Of a stretch of DNA of 64,000 nucleotides, positions 1-10,150 are shown in pieces. A program made the position numbers and the translations under genes. Origin of the DNA: a virus; the IMG/VR virus record IMGVR_UViG_3300027782_000036, one strand, 5' to 3'. Every line of letters begins with the position of its first letter. Position 1 is the first letter of the stretch. A model generated the notes under the pieces. That model saw only the letters and a program-made list of their open reading frames with translations, did no database searches and was not told the origin of the DNA.

Positions 1-1
1 T

Positions 2-787
2 GGTAACAAACAAGGTATTACAGAATTATTTAAATTTTATAAACCACATTTCATTGTAAACTTTGCAGCCGAATCACATGTAGATAATTCTATTGACAAC
101 TTTAAACCTTTTGTTGATACAAATATATCAGGCACTATTAATTTATTAGAGTGTTCTAGATCACTAAAGAGCCTTAAAAAGTTTATACATGTTTCGACAG
201 ATGAAGTGTATGGTAGTTTAAATTTAGATTCAAAGAATAAATTTACAGAAGAAACACATTATGAACCTAATAGTCCATATTCAGCAAGTAAAGCTGCAAG
301 TGATCATTTTGTAAATGCATGGAGAGCAACTTATGGTGTTCCAACAATTATTACCAACTGTTCTAATAATTATGGACCATCTCAACATATTGAGAAGTTT
401 ATACCAAAAGTAATTGCACATGCGTTAGAAAATGTTGCCATACCCGTATATGGTACCGGTGACAATGTAAGAGATTGGTTATATGTAGAAGATCATTGTC
501 ATGCTATTAATCTTGTATTAAAGAATGGCAAAGTTGGACACAAATACAATATTGGTGGTGGGGTTGAACTATCTAATTTAGAATTAGTCAAAAAGATTCT
601 AAAGATGATGGGTAAACCTGAAACGTTAATTAAGTTTGTTGATGATCGTCTTGGTCATGATAAACGGTATGCTATTGATTATGCTAAAATTGAGAAAGAA
701 TTAAACTATAAACCTTTATTTTCGATTGAAGAAGGTTTACTTAAAACAATAGAATGGATAAAAAATGGCAACAACAAACAAACCTAA
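2..787 (+). CDS. rfbB: dTDP-glucose 4,6-dehydratase, 5'-truncated by the window edge
   Basis: Frame is open from position 2: NFAAESHVDNS, STDEVYG, YSASK, RDWLYVEDH, GHDKRYAID motifs. Confidence 0.92.
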   Translation, partial: GNKQGITELFKFYKPHFIVNFAAESHVDNSIDNFKPFVDTNISGTINLLECSRSLKSLKKFIHVSTDEVYGSLNLDSKNKFTEETHYEPNSPYSASKAASDHFVNAWRATYGVPTIITNCSNNYGPSQHIEKFIPKVIAHALENVAIPVYGTGDNVRDWLYVEDHCHAINLVLKNGKVGHKYNIGGGVELSNLELVKKILKMMGKPETLIKFVDDRLGHDKRYAIDYAKIEKELNYKPLFSIEEGLLKTIEWIKNGNNKQT

Positions 788-1301
788 AAAGAATTACATC
801 AATAATTCTGACTTCTTAAAAGCTTTGGTTGATTTTAAAGAAAGAAAAATAAACAATCCAAATGAACCAATACCAAATTATATTGGTGAATGTTTCATGA
901 AGATTGCTGAAGGTCTTTCTCACAAACCAAACTTTATCAACTATACCTACCGAGATGAAATGATTGGTGATGGTATTGAGAACTGTCTTATGTATTTTGA
1001 CAACTTCAATCCAGAAAAATCAAAGAACCCTTTTGCGTATTTCACACAAATCATCTACTTTGCATTTCTTCGTAGAATTCAAAAAGAGAAAAAACAAACA
1101 TATATCAAATATAAAGCCACAGAACAATTTGGTATTTTAGATGAAATGGAAATGTTAGAGAATGAAGATGGCACTAATCGTCAATTTGAACTATATGAGA
1201 ACCTATCAGAGTTTATAGAACAATTTGAACTCACTCAAAAAGCCAAGAAAAAGAAAACGGCAAATAGTAAAAAGGGGCTTGAACTCTTCATCGAAGAGTG
1301 A
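765..1301 (+). CDS. gp55: T4-like late transcription sigma factor
   Basis: NYIGECFMKIAEGLS, YRDEMIGDGIENCL, NPFAYFTQI motifs; lies upstream of gp47/46. Confidence 0.93.
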   Translation: MATTNKPKKNYINNSDFLKALVDFKERKINNPNEPIPNYIGECFMKIAEGLSHKPNFINYTYRDEMIGDGIENCLMYFDNFNPEKSKNPFAYFTQIIYFAFLRRIQKEKKQTYIKYKATEQFGILDEMEMLENEDGTNRQFELYENLSEFIEQFELTQKAKKKKTANSKKGLELFIEE

Positions 1302-1332
1302 TATAATTCAGTTAATTGTAAATGGAGATTTT

Positions 1333-1767
1333 ATGAAAGTAGGATTCAATTGTTCTACCTTTGATTTGTTTCATGCAGGCCACGTCACAATGCTTAAAGA
1401 AGAAAAACGGCATTGTGATTATCTCATTGTGGCTATTCAATATGATCCAACACTCGACAGGCCAGATACCAAAAACAAACCAATTCAGTCAATCTATGAA
1501 CGATATTGCCAAGTATCGGCATGTAAATATATTGATGAAATATTAGTTTATGCTTCAGAAGAAGACTTATTAAACATTCTCAAGACACAACATATCGACA
1601 TTCGTTTTTTAGGTGATGAATACAAAACTAAAGACTTTACCGGTAAACAATGGTGTCTAGACCATGGTATTGAATTATTTTACCATGATAGACAACATCC
1701 ATATAGCAGCTCTAATTTAAGAAAAAGAGTTGCTGATGCTGAAAAAAACAATAAAGCGAACAAATAA
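1333..1767 (+). CDS. Cytidylyltransferase (TagD/RfaE-like HxGH family)
   Basis: FDLFHAGH and SSSNLR motifs; ATG at 1333 follows a GGAG RBS, so the ORF-track start at 1225 is too far upstream. Confidence 0.85.
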   Translation: MKVGFNCSTFDLFHAGHVTMLKEEKRHCDYLIVAIQYDPTLDRPDTKNKPIQSIYERYCQVSACKYIDEILVYASEEDLLNILKTQHIDIRFLGDEYKTKDFTGKQWCLDHGIELFYHDRQHPYSSSNLRKRVADAEKNNKANK

Positions 1768-2843
1768 TGAAAGTAGCAATTATAACGGACCAGCACTTTG
1801 GTGCTAGAAATGATTCACCCAATTTCTTAGATTTCTACCAGAAGTTTTATGATAATGTATTCTTTCCTAAGCTAGAAGAAATTGGCATCAAAGAATTACT
1901 AATCTTAGGTGATACATTTGACAGACGTAAGTATGTTAATTTCTATTCTTTACAACGAACAAAACAAATGTTTTTTGATAAACTTAAAGAAAAGAATATT
2001 AAGATTTACATGTTGGCTGGTAATCATGACACATATTTTAAGAATACAAACGATGTAAATTCACCAGATTTGTTATTAAAAGAATATGATAACATCCAAA
2101 TTATAGATGAACCTACATTAATTACAGTTGGTGAAACACCTATTTGTATGATGCCTTGGATTTGTCCTGAAAATTATAATCAAAGTATGGAGTTTATAAA
2201 AGATGTTAAGTCTGAAATCTGCATGGGTCATTTTGAAATTGAAGGCTTTGCAATGTATCGTGGCATGCAATCTCATGAAGGTCTTCCTGCTAATATTTTT
2301 AATAAGTTCGATCTTGTATTTTCCGGCCATTATCACCATAAATCTAGTAATGGCAACATACATTATTTGGGGAACCCATACGAATTAACATGGTCGGACT
2401 ATAATGACCAACGTGGCTTTCACATATTTGATCTTGACAATAGAGAATTAGATTTTGTCAAAAACCCATATTCAATCTTTCATAAGATTACGTATGATGA
2501 CAAAATTGAAGATAGTATTAAAGAAATATCAGGTAAAGATTTAACACCATATAAAGACACATATGTTAAAGTTGTTGTGATGAATAAGACAAATCCTTAT
2601 TTGTTTGATATGTTTATGAACAACTTATATAAAGCTTCACCGCTTGACGTTTCTATTATTGATGATAATCTAGAACATATGAACAGTGAATTGACGGAAG
2701 ACATCATATCTGAAGCTGAAGATACATTAACTATTCTAAACAAATATGTTGATGGTTTAACAACTTCTGATATTGATTCTGGTAAACTAAAGAATATTCT
2801 TAAAGAACTTTACATCGAAGCACTAAATTTAGAGAACTCATGA
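1767..2843 (+). CDS. gp47: Recombination endonuclease subunit (Mre11/SbcD-like)
   Basis: TDQHFG, GDTFD, GNHD, GHYH metallophosphoesterase motifs; synteny. Confidence 0.93.
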   Translation: MKVAIITDQHFGARNDSPNFLDFYQKFYDNVFFPKLEEIGIKELLILGDTFDRRKYVNFYSLQRTKQMFFDKLKEKNIKIYMLAGNHDTYFKNTNDVNSPDLLLKEYDNIQIIDEPTLITVGETPICMMPWICPENYNQSMEFIKDVKSEICMGHFEIEGFAMYRGMQSHEGLPANIFNKFDLVFSGHYHHKSSNGNIHYLGNPYELTWSDYNDQRGFHIFDLDNRELDFVKNPYSIFHKITYDDKIEDSIKEISGKDLTPYKDTYVKVVVMNKTNPYLFDMFMNNLYKASPLDVSIIDDNLEHMNSELTEDIISEAEDTLTILNKYVDGLTTSDIDSGKLKNILKELYIEALNLENS

Positions 2844-4555
2844 TACTATTTAAAACCATTCGCTGGAAAAATATATTAAGTACCGGTAATTTCTTTACAG
2901 AGATTCACCTAAACAAATCACCAAATACATTGGTTATTGGCACCAATGGTGCTGGCAAGTCAACTATACTTGATGCTTTATGCTTTGGTTTATTTGGTAG
3001 ACCTTTTAGAAAGATTAAGAAAGACCTATTACTCAATTCAATCAATAATAAAGATGCTGTTGTTGAACTTGAGTTTGAAATTGGTGACCGTGACTATAAG
3101 ATCATTCGTGGTATCAAACCAAATGTATTTGAAATCTATTGTAATGGCAATTTGGTTGACCAAGATGCTAAGTGTAAAGATTATCAAGAACATTTAGAAA
3201 ACCTCATTCTACGATTGAATTATAAGACATTCACTCAAGTGGTTGTTTTAGGTTCAGCTTCATTCACTCCATTTATGCAGTTGTCACCTACTGATCGTAG
3301 AACCATTATTGAAGATTTACTTGATATTGAAATTTTCTCTACCATGAATACATTGGTTAAATTGAAGTTATCTGAACTTAAAGAATTAACACAACAAAAT
3401 AAATTTGATACAGATTTGGTGATTGAAAAGATCAATCTACAGAAACAAAATATTGAAGAGCACAAAAAACATAACGAAGAAGAAGTAAAGAATAAACAAG
3501 ATGAGATTAATACAAACAATGAACAGATTACAAAGTTACAGTCCGACATTGGTTTAGTTCAGAAACATATTGAACAACTACAATCTAAAGTATCTGATAA
3601 AGAAACAGTATCAGCTAAATCTAAAAAGTTAGTTCAAGTTGAAGCCAAATTAGAAGGCAATAAAAATAAGATTAAAAAAGACATTCAGTTCTATGAGGTA
3701 AACGATCATTGTCCTACATGTAAACAAAATTTAGATACAGACTTTAAGACAGAACAAGTTAAAGAACGTAATACTAAACTTGCAGAGATTGAAGATGGTA
3801 TTATAAAACTAGAAGAAGCACTTGCTGAAGTGAATACCCGCATCACAGAAATTAATAATACCGCAATTAAAATATCAGAACATCATTCTGAAATTATTAA
3901 GATGAATTCGTCTATACAATCTATCAATAAGTATATTGTTAAACTTAATACAGAAATCAATCTTCTTGTTACCAAAAAAGACAACATGGAAGTTGACAAT
4001 GAAAAGTTAAAAGAACTTCGTGATAACTTAACACTATTAACTGAATCACAAAAAGAAGTATCAACAGAAAAACATTATTATGATTTTGCTAGTTCATTAT
4101 TAAAAGATACAGGTATCAAAACAAAGATTATCAAACAATATCTACCTGTAATGAATAAGTTGATTAATAAGTATTTGGCTTCAATGAATTTCTTTGTTGA
4201 TTTTAATATTAATGAATCATTTGAAGAAACGATTAAGTCGAGATATAGAGATGAGTTTAGTTATTATAACTTTTCAGAAGGTGAGAAGTTTAGAATTGAC
4301 TTAGCTTTATTATTTACATGGCGACAGATAGCAAGACTAAAGAATTCAGCTAATACAAATTTACTAATACTAGATGAAGTATTTGATTCTAGTCTAGATA
4401 CAGGTGGTACCGATGAGTTCATGAAATTAATACATGAATTAGGACACGATAGTAATGTATTTGTTATTAGTCATAAGGGTGATCAATTGTTTGACAAATT
4501 TAGATCAGTAATTAAATTTCAGAAACGTAATAACTTTAGTGAGGTCGTAAGATGA
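2840..4555 (+). CDS. gp46: Recombination ATPase subunit (Rad50/SbcC-like)
   Basis: Walker A GTNGAGKS, coiled coil with CPTC hook, FSEGE signature, LILDEVFD. Confidence 0.95.
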   Translation: MILFKTIRWKNILSTGNFFTEIHLNKSPNTLVIGTNGAGKSTILDALCFGLFGRPFRKIKKDLLLNSINNKDAVVELEFEIGDRDYKIIRGIKPNVFEIYCNGNLVDQDAKCKDYQEHLENLILRLNYKTFTQVVVLGSASFTPFMQLSPTDRRTIIEDLLDIEIFSTMNTLVKLKLSELKELTQQNKFDTDLVIEKINLQKQNIEEHKKHNEEEVKNKQDEINTNNEQITKLQSDIGLVQKHIEQLQSKVSDKETVSAKSKKLVQVEAKLEGNKNKIKKDIQFYEVNDHCPTCKQNLDTDFKTEQVKERNTKLAEIEDGIIKLEEALAEVNTRITEINNTAIKISEHHSEIIKMNSSIQSINKYIVKLNTEINLLVTKKDNMEVDNEKLKELRDNLTLLTESQKEVSTEKHYYDFASSLLKDTGIKTKIIKQYLPVMNKLINKYLASMNFFVDFNINESFEETIKSRYRDEFSYYNFSEGEKFRIDLALLFTWRQIARLKNSANTNLLILDEVFDSSLDTGGTDEFMKLIHELGHDSNVFVISHKGDQLFDKFRSVIKFQKRNNFSEVVR

Positions 4556-5172
4556 GTGACGATATTATAAGCATAGACACGGGTGAATTGGCCAAGGTTA
4601 AACCAACGGCAACCAAAGTTGAAGTTCCATTATTTAAATTGGTATCAGAAGATAATCCTATTTTACGACAACCAATTGAAAAATTTGATTTTGAAAATCC
4701 ACCAGTTAATCCAAATGCGTTTGCTAGTTCGTTAGTTGAAACATGTAAAGCAAATAAAGGTTTAGGTTTATCTGCTAATCAATGTGGTTTTAAATATAGA
4801 GTATTCGTAGTTGGTTATGCTGAAAATTATGTTGCATATTTTAATCCAAAGATTACATGGGTATCTGATGTGTTATCACATGCTGATGAAGGATGTTTAT
4901 CATTCCCAAATTTATTCATAAAGATTACCAGACCAGAGTCAGTTGAAGTTGAGTATCAAGACTTTACAGGTGAAACTAAAACAGCAAGATTTGGCGGTCT
5001 AACTGCCAGATGTATACTTCATGAGTTTGATCATATGAATGGTGTGGTATTTACCACTCAAGCTAAACCATTAGCATTAAAAACTGGTCTTGACAAACGT
5101 ATGAAACTTGTGAGAAAATATGAAAAGTATTCAAAACTATTACAAAAACAAGTGAAGAAATTAGGTAAATAA
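4552..5172 (+). CDS. def: Peptide deformylase
   Basis: GLGLSANQ, EGCLS and HEFDH motifs. Confidence 0.93.
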   Translation: MSDDIISIDTGELAKVKPTATKVEVPLFKLVSEDNPILRQPIEKFDFENPPVNPNAFASSLVETCKANKGLGLSANQCGFKYRVFVVGYAENYVAYFNPKITWVSDVLSHADEGCLSFPNLFIKITRPESVEVEYQDFTGETKTARFGGLTARCILHEFDHMNGVVFTTQAKPLALKTGLDKRMKLVRKYEKYSKLLQKQVKKLGK

Positions 5173-6437
5173 TGGCAACACCAATAGAATATGTAGATAA
5201 ACAGTGGGAAGATTGGCAGAAGAATAATGATCCTGCCACGTTCAACCACATCGATGAAGAAGAACTTAAAGTCATTTTAACAAAAGATTTGACTTATGCT
5301 TCTCAAATGGATGTGCGTGAATACACACTCTATCAAAAGTGGTGTGAAATTCAAGAGAGATATCCCACTCAAGAAGTATCTACATTGTTTGGTACAGAAC
5401 GTCAAATGGTTTATCCAGACCAAGAAAAACTAATTAAAAAAGTTAAATCAAACTTTTGGAATCCAGAGAATCCAGATGATTTCGATAAGTTAGATATTGA
5501 ATTGGTATTGTCAAATGGTGAAGGTGCTGAAGAATGGAATGCTATTCGAACATTCACTTCTACCATGAAGAACAATTCAAACATTGGTAGAAATCTATTT
5601 TACATTATTAAAGATAAAGCTACTGGTAAGTATCTTGGTGTAATCTGTATTTCATCAGACTTCCTTGATTTGACACCTAGAGATAATGCCATCGGTTGGC
5701 CAAGAGATATTAAGACACAAGGTAACATGATTAACCATACAGCAATCGGTTCTACTATTGTGCCTCTCCAGCCGCTTGGATACAATTATATGGGCGGTAA
5801 ACTGTTAGCTTTGTTATGTCTATCTGATACTGTTCAACAAGATTGGCAAAACAAATATGGTGATGTTCTAGTTGGTGTCACCACAACATCACTTTATGGT
5901 AAAACTAAAGCGGGTGGACTATCACAATATGATGGTCTTGAACATTGGAATGCCATGGGTTTTACTTCTGGTTCAGTTGCTTTTGATCCATCTAAGAAGA
6001 CTATGAAAATGGTATTTGAATGGATTAAAGAAAATCATACTAAGAAATACTTTGAATGGTGGGAAGCAAAGAACACACAAGGCTTACCATTAAAACGAGA
6101 CCATAAGAATAGATCATTACATTTTGCTTATGCCAAACTTAAAATACCAAAAAATCTAATTCGATGTGAACATGCACGTGGTATCTATTTTTCACCATTA
6201 TATAATAATTCTTTTGAATTTTTAAGAAAAGAAATTGGTAAAGATGTTCTTGTTAAGAGTTTTGATACTAGTGTAAAAGGATTGACTGATATATGGAAAA
6301 CAAAATATGCTAAAGGTCGTATATCAATGTTGAAGAAGAAGAATACCGTTTCTAAAGAATCACTTTTCTATGATGATTTAATTTATCTCACATGGGAAGA
6401 AACAAAAGCCAAATATTTACCACAAGTTGGTAGATAA
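5172..6437 (+). CDS. DUF4338/DruA-like protein, paralog 1
   Basis: PLGYNYMGGKLLAL and TTTSLYG motifs, shared with 29384..30496. Confidence 0.55.
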   Translation: MATPIEYVDKQWEDWQKNNDPATFNHIDEEELKVILTKDLTYASQMDVREYTLYQKWCEIQERYPTQEVSTLFGTERQMVYPDQEKLIKKVKSNFWNPENPDDFDKLDIELVLSNGEGAEEWNAIRTFTSTMKNNSNIGRNLFYIIKDKATGKYLGVICISSDFLDLTPRDNAIGWPRDIKTQGNMINHTAIGSTIVPLQPLGYNYMGGKLLALLCLSDTVQQDWQNKYGDVLVGVTTTSLYGKTKAGGLSQYDGLEHWNAMGFTSGSVAFDPSKKTMKMVFEWIKENHTKKYFEWWEAKNTQGLPLKRDHKNRSLHFAYAKLKIPKNLIRCEHARGIYFSPLYNNSFEFLRKEIGKDVLVKSFDTSVKGLTDIWKTKYAKGRISMLKKKNTVSKESLFYDDLIYLTWEETKAKYLPQVGR

Positions 6438-6442
6438 TACGC

Positions 6443-6471
6443 TTGACATATCAACTAGATAGTGATATGAT
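6443..6471 (+). promoter_or_regulatory. sigma70-type promoter
   Basis: TTGACA-N17-TATGAT in an intergenic gap. Confidence 0.8.
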
Positions 6472-6525
6472 TATAAAACTAATCAATACGATTAGGAATT
6501 TTGTTATTTTATAGGAGTTTTACAA

Positions 6526-6801
6526 ATGGTTAAATTGAGTGCGAAACAACGTATGTTGAATTATCTCATGAAAAAATCTGGTTACAATACTTTCACAACA
6601 GCACAAGCTAGACGCTTATTTGGTGTGCAAAATATTGCAGCTCGTATTTCTGAACTTCGTCAAGAAGGTTATGCAGTATATCTCAATACTTACAAGCGTG
6701 GCGACGGCAGTCGTGTAAATGGTTATCGTTTAGGTACACCATCTAAAGCGTTTCGTAAGTATTTCAAAGAGATTGGCGTCAGAGCTAAGTCCGTAGCTTA
6801 A
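6526..6801 (+). CDS. Small winged helix-turn-helix protein
   Basis: TTAQARRLFGVQNIAARISELRQEGY; AGGAG RBS. Confidence 0.7.
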   Translation: MVKLSAKQRMLNYLMKKSGYNTFTTAQARRLFGVQNIAARISELRQEGYAVYLNTYKRGDGSRVNGYRLGTPSKAFRKYFKEIGVRAKSVA

Positions 6802-6816
6802 TCGTCAATGCTGTGG

Positions 6817-6846
6817 TGAGGGGTCGCAAAGGCCCCTCATTTTTAT
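6817..6846 (+). terminator. Rho-independent terminator
   Basis: TGAGGGGTC-GCAAA-GGCCCCTCA followed by a T tract. Confidence 0.85.
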
Positions 6847-6864
6847 TATTATTAGGAATATATT

Positions 6865-7662
6865 ATGGAAATCAAAATCTCGAAAGAAGATTTACAAACA
6901 AAAAGTCTATTCATTGCAACACCAATGTATGGCGGTATGAATCATGGTCTTTACATGAAAGCATGTCTTGATTTACAAGCTACGATGATGCAATATGGTG
7001 TATCTACAAAGTTTTCATTTCTATTCAATGAATCATTAATTACACGAGCAAGAAATTATCTTGTCGATGAATTCTTAAATCGTTCAGATGCAACACATCT
7101 ACTCTTCTTAGATTCTGATATCCATTTCAATCCACAAGATGTGGTTGCTATGTTGGCATTAGATAAAGATGTTATCGGCGCTCCTTATCCAAAGAAAGCC
7201 ATTAAATGGCGTAATATTTTAACTGCTATTAAAAAGAATCCAGATATCGAACTTGGAACTTTAGAAAAATTAGCAGGCGATTTCGTATTCAATCCAGTAA
7301 AAGGCACGTCACAATTTTCTGTGACAGAACCTTTAGAAGTATTAGAGATTGGTACAGGTTTTATGATGGTTAAACGTGAAGTATTCCCTAAATTTGAAAT
7401 GGCATATCCTGATTTGAAATACAAACCAGATCATGTTGGTCAAGCTCACTTCGATGGTTCACGATACATCCATGCTTATTATGATACAGTAATCGATCCA
7501 AAATCAGAACGATACTTATCAGAAGATTATATGTTCTGTCAATATTGGCGTAACATTGGTGGTAAAATCTGGTTATGTCCATGGATGAGAACATCACACA
7601 TTGGTACATATCATTTCCAAGGTGACATGCCAGCAATTGCTAACTATGTTGGTGAAATGTAA
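6865..7662 (+). CDS. GT-A fold glycosyltransferase-like protein
   Basis: IATPMYGG, ESLITRARN, FLDSDI (DxD), GTGFM, LSEDY. Confidence 0.65.
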   Translation: MEIKISKEDLQTKSLFIATPMYGGMNHGLYMKACLDLQATMMQYGVSTKFSFLFNESLITRARNYLVDEFLNRSDATHLLFLDSDIHFNPQDVVAMLALDKDVIGAPYPKKAIKWRNILTAIKKNPDIELGTLEKLAGDFVFNPVKGTSQFSVTEPLEVLEIGTGFMMVKREVFPKFEMAYPDLKYKPDHVGQAHFDGSRYIHAYYDTVIDPKSERYLSEDYMFCQYWRNIGGKIWLCPWMRTSHIGTYHFQGDMPAIANYVGEM

Positions 7663-7991
7663 TGAATAAAGACATCGTTAAAGCATCTCAAACGGCTAAA
7701 AGCGGTGGTCGTAAGTTTGATGGTGGTAAACTACAATATGGTTTACTGCCACCACTTGCATTAAAAGAGGTTGTAGAAATACTAACTTTTGGTGCAGAGA
7801 AGTATGAACCCGATAACTGGATTCATGTTCCAGATTCTAAACGTAGATATTTCGATGCAGCGCAAAGACATATTTGGGCTTGGAAACAAGGTGAACAGAA
7901 TGATCCAGAAACAGGTAAGAATCATATAGCTCACGCTTTATGTTGTTTAATGTTCTTATACGAACATGATGTTAAGTATTCAAAAGATTAA
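7662..7991 (+). CDS. dATP/dGTP diphosphohydrolase-domain protein (DUF5664-like)
   Basis: GRKFDGGK, FGAEKY..NW, DPETGKNHIAHA..L.FL. Confidence 0.8.
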   Translation: MNKDIVKASQTAKSGGRKFDGGKLQYGLLPPLALKEVVEILTFGAEKYEPDNWIHVPDSKRRYFDAAQRHIWAWKQGEQNDPETGKNHIAHALCCLMFLYEHDVKYSKD

Positions 7992-8016
7992 ATTTTATAT
8001 TATGAAGGAGTTTTAA

Positions 8017-8682
8017 ATGAAGTTATCAAATCAAACGTTAAATGTTTTGAAGAATTATGCAAGTATCAATCAAGGCATCGTCTTTAAAAAAGGCAATACT
8101 ATTTCAACCATGTCTGCTCAAAAAAACATCTTGAGTGAGGCAACAATTCCAGATGAGATTCCACAAAGTTTTGGTATCTATGATCTGAACAATTTTCTAT
8201 CAGTTGTATCTTTAAACAAAGATCCTGAAATTGAATTTGATGAGAAAAATGCAATCATTAAATCTTTAAATGGTCGTTCTAAAATCAAATATCGTTTCAC
8301 TGAAGCGTCAATGATTGTTACACCACCAGAAAAGAAGATTACACTTCCATCAGTAGATGCAACGTTCACTCTTACAGAAGAAGACTTTGCATGGATTCAA
8401 AAGACATCAGCAGTATTAGGTTCACCTCATATTGCGGCTGTAAGTGATGGCTCAGAAGTTAATCTAGTGGCATTTGATGCTACAAATGATTCTGCTCACA
8501 CAACTTCAATTAAAATTGAAGCACAAACAACTGGTTCATATAAGATGATTTTCAAAACAGAAAATCTTAAAATGATTCCTGGTTCATATATTGTTGAAAT
8601 TTCTTCTAAAGGTATCGCAAGTTTCAAAAATACAAAAGAAGATATTCAATATTGGATCGCAACAGAAGCAACAGGAGCTTAA
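8017..8682 (+). CDS. gp45: DNA polymerase sliding clamp
   Basis: MKLSNQTLNVLKNYASINQ, FGIYDLNNFL, NLKMIPGSY. Confidence 0.93.
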   Translation: MKLSNQTLNVLKNYASINQGIVFKKGNTISTMSAQKNILSEATIPDEIPQSFGIYDLNNFLSVVSLNKDPEIEFDEKNAIIKSLNGRSKIKYRFTEASMIVTPPEKKITLPSVDATFTLTEEDFAWIQKTSAVLGSPHIAAVSDGSEVNLVAFDATNDSAHTTSIKIEAQTTGSYKMIFKTENLKMIPGSYIVEISSKGIASFKNTKEDIQYWIATEATGA

Positions 8683-8683
8683 T

Positions 8684-8959
8684 ATGGCATCAGTATCAAC
8701 AATTTTTGGTAATTTCAACGAAGAACAATTGAAGGCATTAAAAGATGCTCTTAATGAAATGGGTCAATGTATGCAGAAAATGGATACTGAAAAACTCATC
8801 ATTAATGACATTATTGGTGCTACACATGACAACTTAAAGATTCCTAAAAAGATTCTTAAACGTATGGCTGTTGTTCATTATAAAAATACATTCAGTCAAC
8901 AAGTGGTCGAAGATAAAGAATTTGAAGCACTATACGTTGGCGTTTCGGAGGTTAAGTAA
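8684..8959 (+). CDS. Small helical protein, possibly T4 DsbA/GapR-like dsDNA-binding
   Basis: ATG at 8684 after AGGAG; IPKKILKRMA..HYK..F pattern. Confidence 0.5.
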   Translation: MASVSTIFGNFNEEQLKALKDALNEMGQCMQKMDTEKLIINDIIGATHDNLKIPKKILKRMAVVHYKNTFSQQVVEDKEFEALYVGVSEVK

Positions 8960-8960
8960 A

Positions 8961-9182
8961 ATGGCTTTAAAAATCTTTGTAAATAATTTTGATGGTAATG
9001 CTAGTGATTCTATTGCTATTAATAGTGATCAAGTGATTTCAGTATATGAAACTGAAGTTGAAGAAGGTACTGGTAAGAAAAAGACAACTAGAAAGATAAC
9101 AAATATCTATTGTCAAGGTAATGCTACATTCCAAGTTAAAGAAAAGTATCTAGATGTTGTTGCACGGTTTAATGAAGTTTAA
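8961..9182 (+). CDS. Hypothetical protein
   Basis: ATG at 8961 after GGAGG; fills the gap before gp44. Confidence 0.65.
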   Translation: MALKIFVNNFDGNASDSIAINSDQVISVYETEVEEGTGKKKTTRKITNIYCQGNATFQVKEKYLDVVARFNEV

Positions 9183-9211
9183 TTTATTATATTATATTAT
9201 GAGGTGTGTGA

Positions 9212-10150
9212 ATGAGCGAACAATTACTGTGGACGGAAAAGTATCGTCCTAAAACTGTAGAAGATTGTATTCTTCCAGATGCAATCAAAACTACTTTTCA
9301 AGAGTATGTCAAATCTGGAAATATTCCAAATTTATTATTATCTGGTTCGGCCGGCGTAGGGAAAACTACAATTGCCAAAGCCTTGTGTAATGAAGTTGGT
9401 TGTGATTTCATCATAATCAATGGTTCAGATGAGAGTGGTATTGATGTCTTACGAAATAAGATTAAGAACTATGCTTCTTCTGTATCATTATCAGGTGGTC
9501 GTAAAGTCATCATCATTGACGAAGCGGATTATCTAAATCCAAATTCAACACAACCAGCTCTTCGTGGCGCAATTGAAGAGTTTGCAGGTAACTGTTCATT
9601 TATCTTCACATGTAATCAAAAAAATCGAATCATTGAACCAATTCATTCACGGTGTGCCGTTATTGAATTCAAAATTCAAAATGGTCAAAAGGCCAAGATG
9701 GCTTCAGCATTTTTCAAACGTGTTGAATGGATTCTAGGTGAAGAAAAGATTACATATGATAGAGAAGTTATTGCAGCTTTAATCACTAAACATTTTCCAG
9801 ATAATCGTAGAATTCTGAATGAGTTACAAAGATATTCTGTATCGGGAACAATTGACAATGGTATTCTTTCTAATATTGTAGACATCAATCTTACAGAATT
9901 AATTAAGACAATTAAAGATAAAGATTTTGGTTCAATGCGTAAATGGGTCACTCAAAATTTAGATAACGATCCAGTTAGAATTTATCGTAAGATTTATGAT
10001 TCACTATATGATAATCTTAAACCGAATTCAATTCCAAATGCAGTTATGATTTTGGCCAAATATCAATACCAAGCAGCTTTTGTGGCTGACCAAGAAATTA
10101 ATCTTGTAGCTTGTTTAACTGAATTTATGGTAGAATTGGAGTTAAAATGA
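9212..10150 (+). CDS. gp44: Clamp loader large subunit
   Basis: WTEKYRP, GSAGVGKT, IIDEAD, HSRC. Confidence 0.95.
   Translation: MSEQLLWTEKYRPKTVEDCILPDAIKTTFQEYVKSGNIPNLLLSGSAGVGKTTIAKALCNEVGCDFIIINGSDESGIDVLRNKIKNYASSVSLSGGRKVIIIDEADYLNPNSTQPALRGAIEEFAGNCSFIFTCNQKNRIIEPIHSRCAVIEFKIQNGQKAKMASAFFKRVEWILGEEKITYDREVIAALITKHFPDNRRILNELQRYSVSGTIDNGILSNIVDINLTELIKTIKDKDFGSMRKWVTQNLDNDPVRIYRKIYDSLYDNLKPNSIPNAVMILAKYQYQAAFVADQEINLVACLTEFMVELELK

Noticed and set aside
1225-1332. N-terminal extension of the cytidylyltransferase
   Set aside because: It overlaps gp55; the RBS and the domain start support ATG 1333
5172-6437. Complete Druantia defence system
   Set aside because: No DruE helicase or other dru genes; the paralogs are dispersed in the phage core
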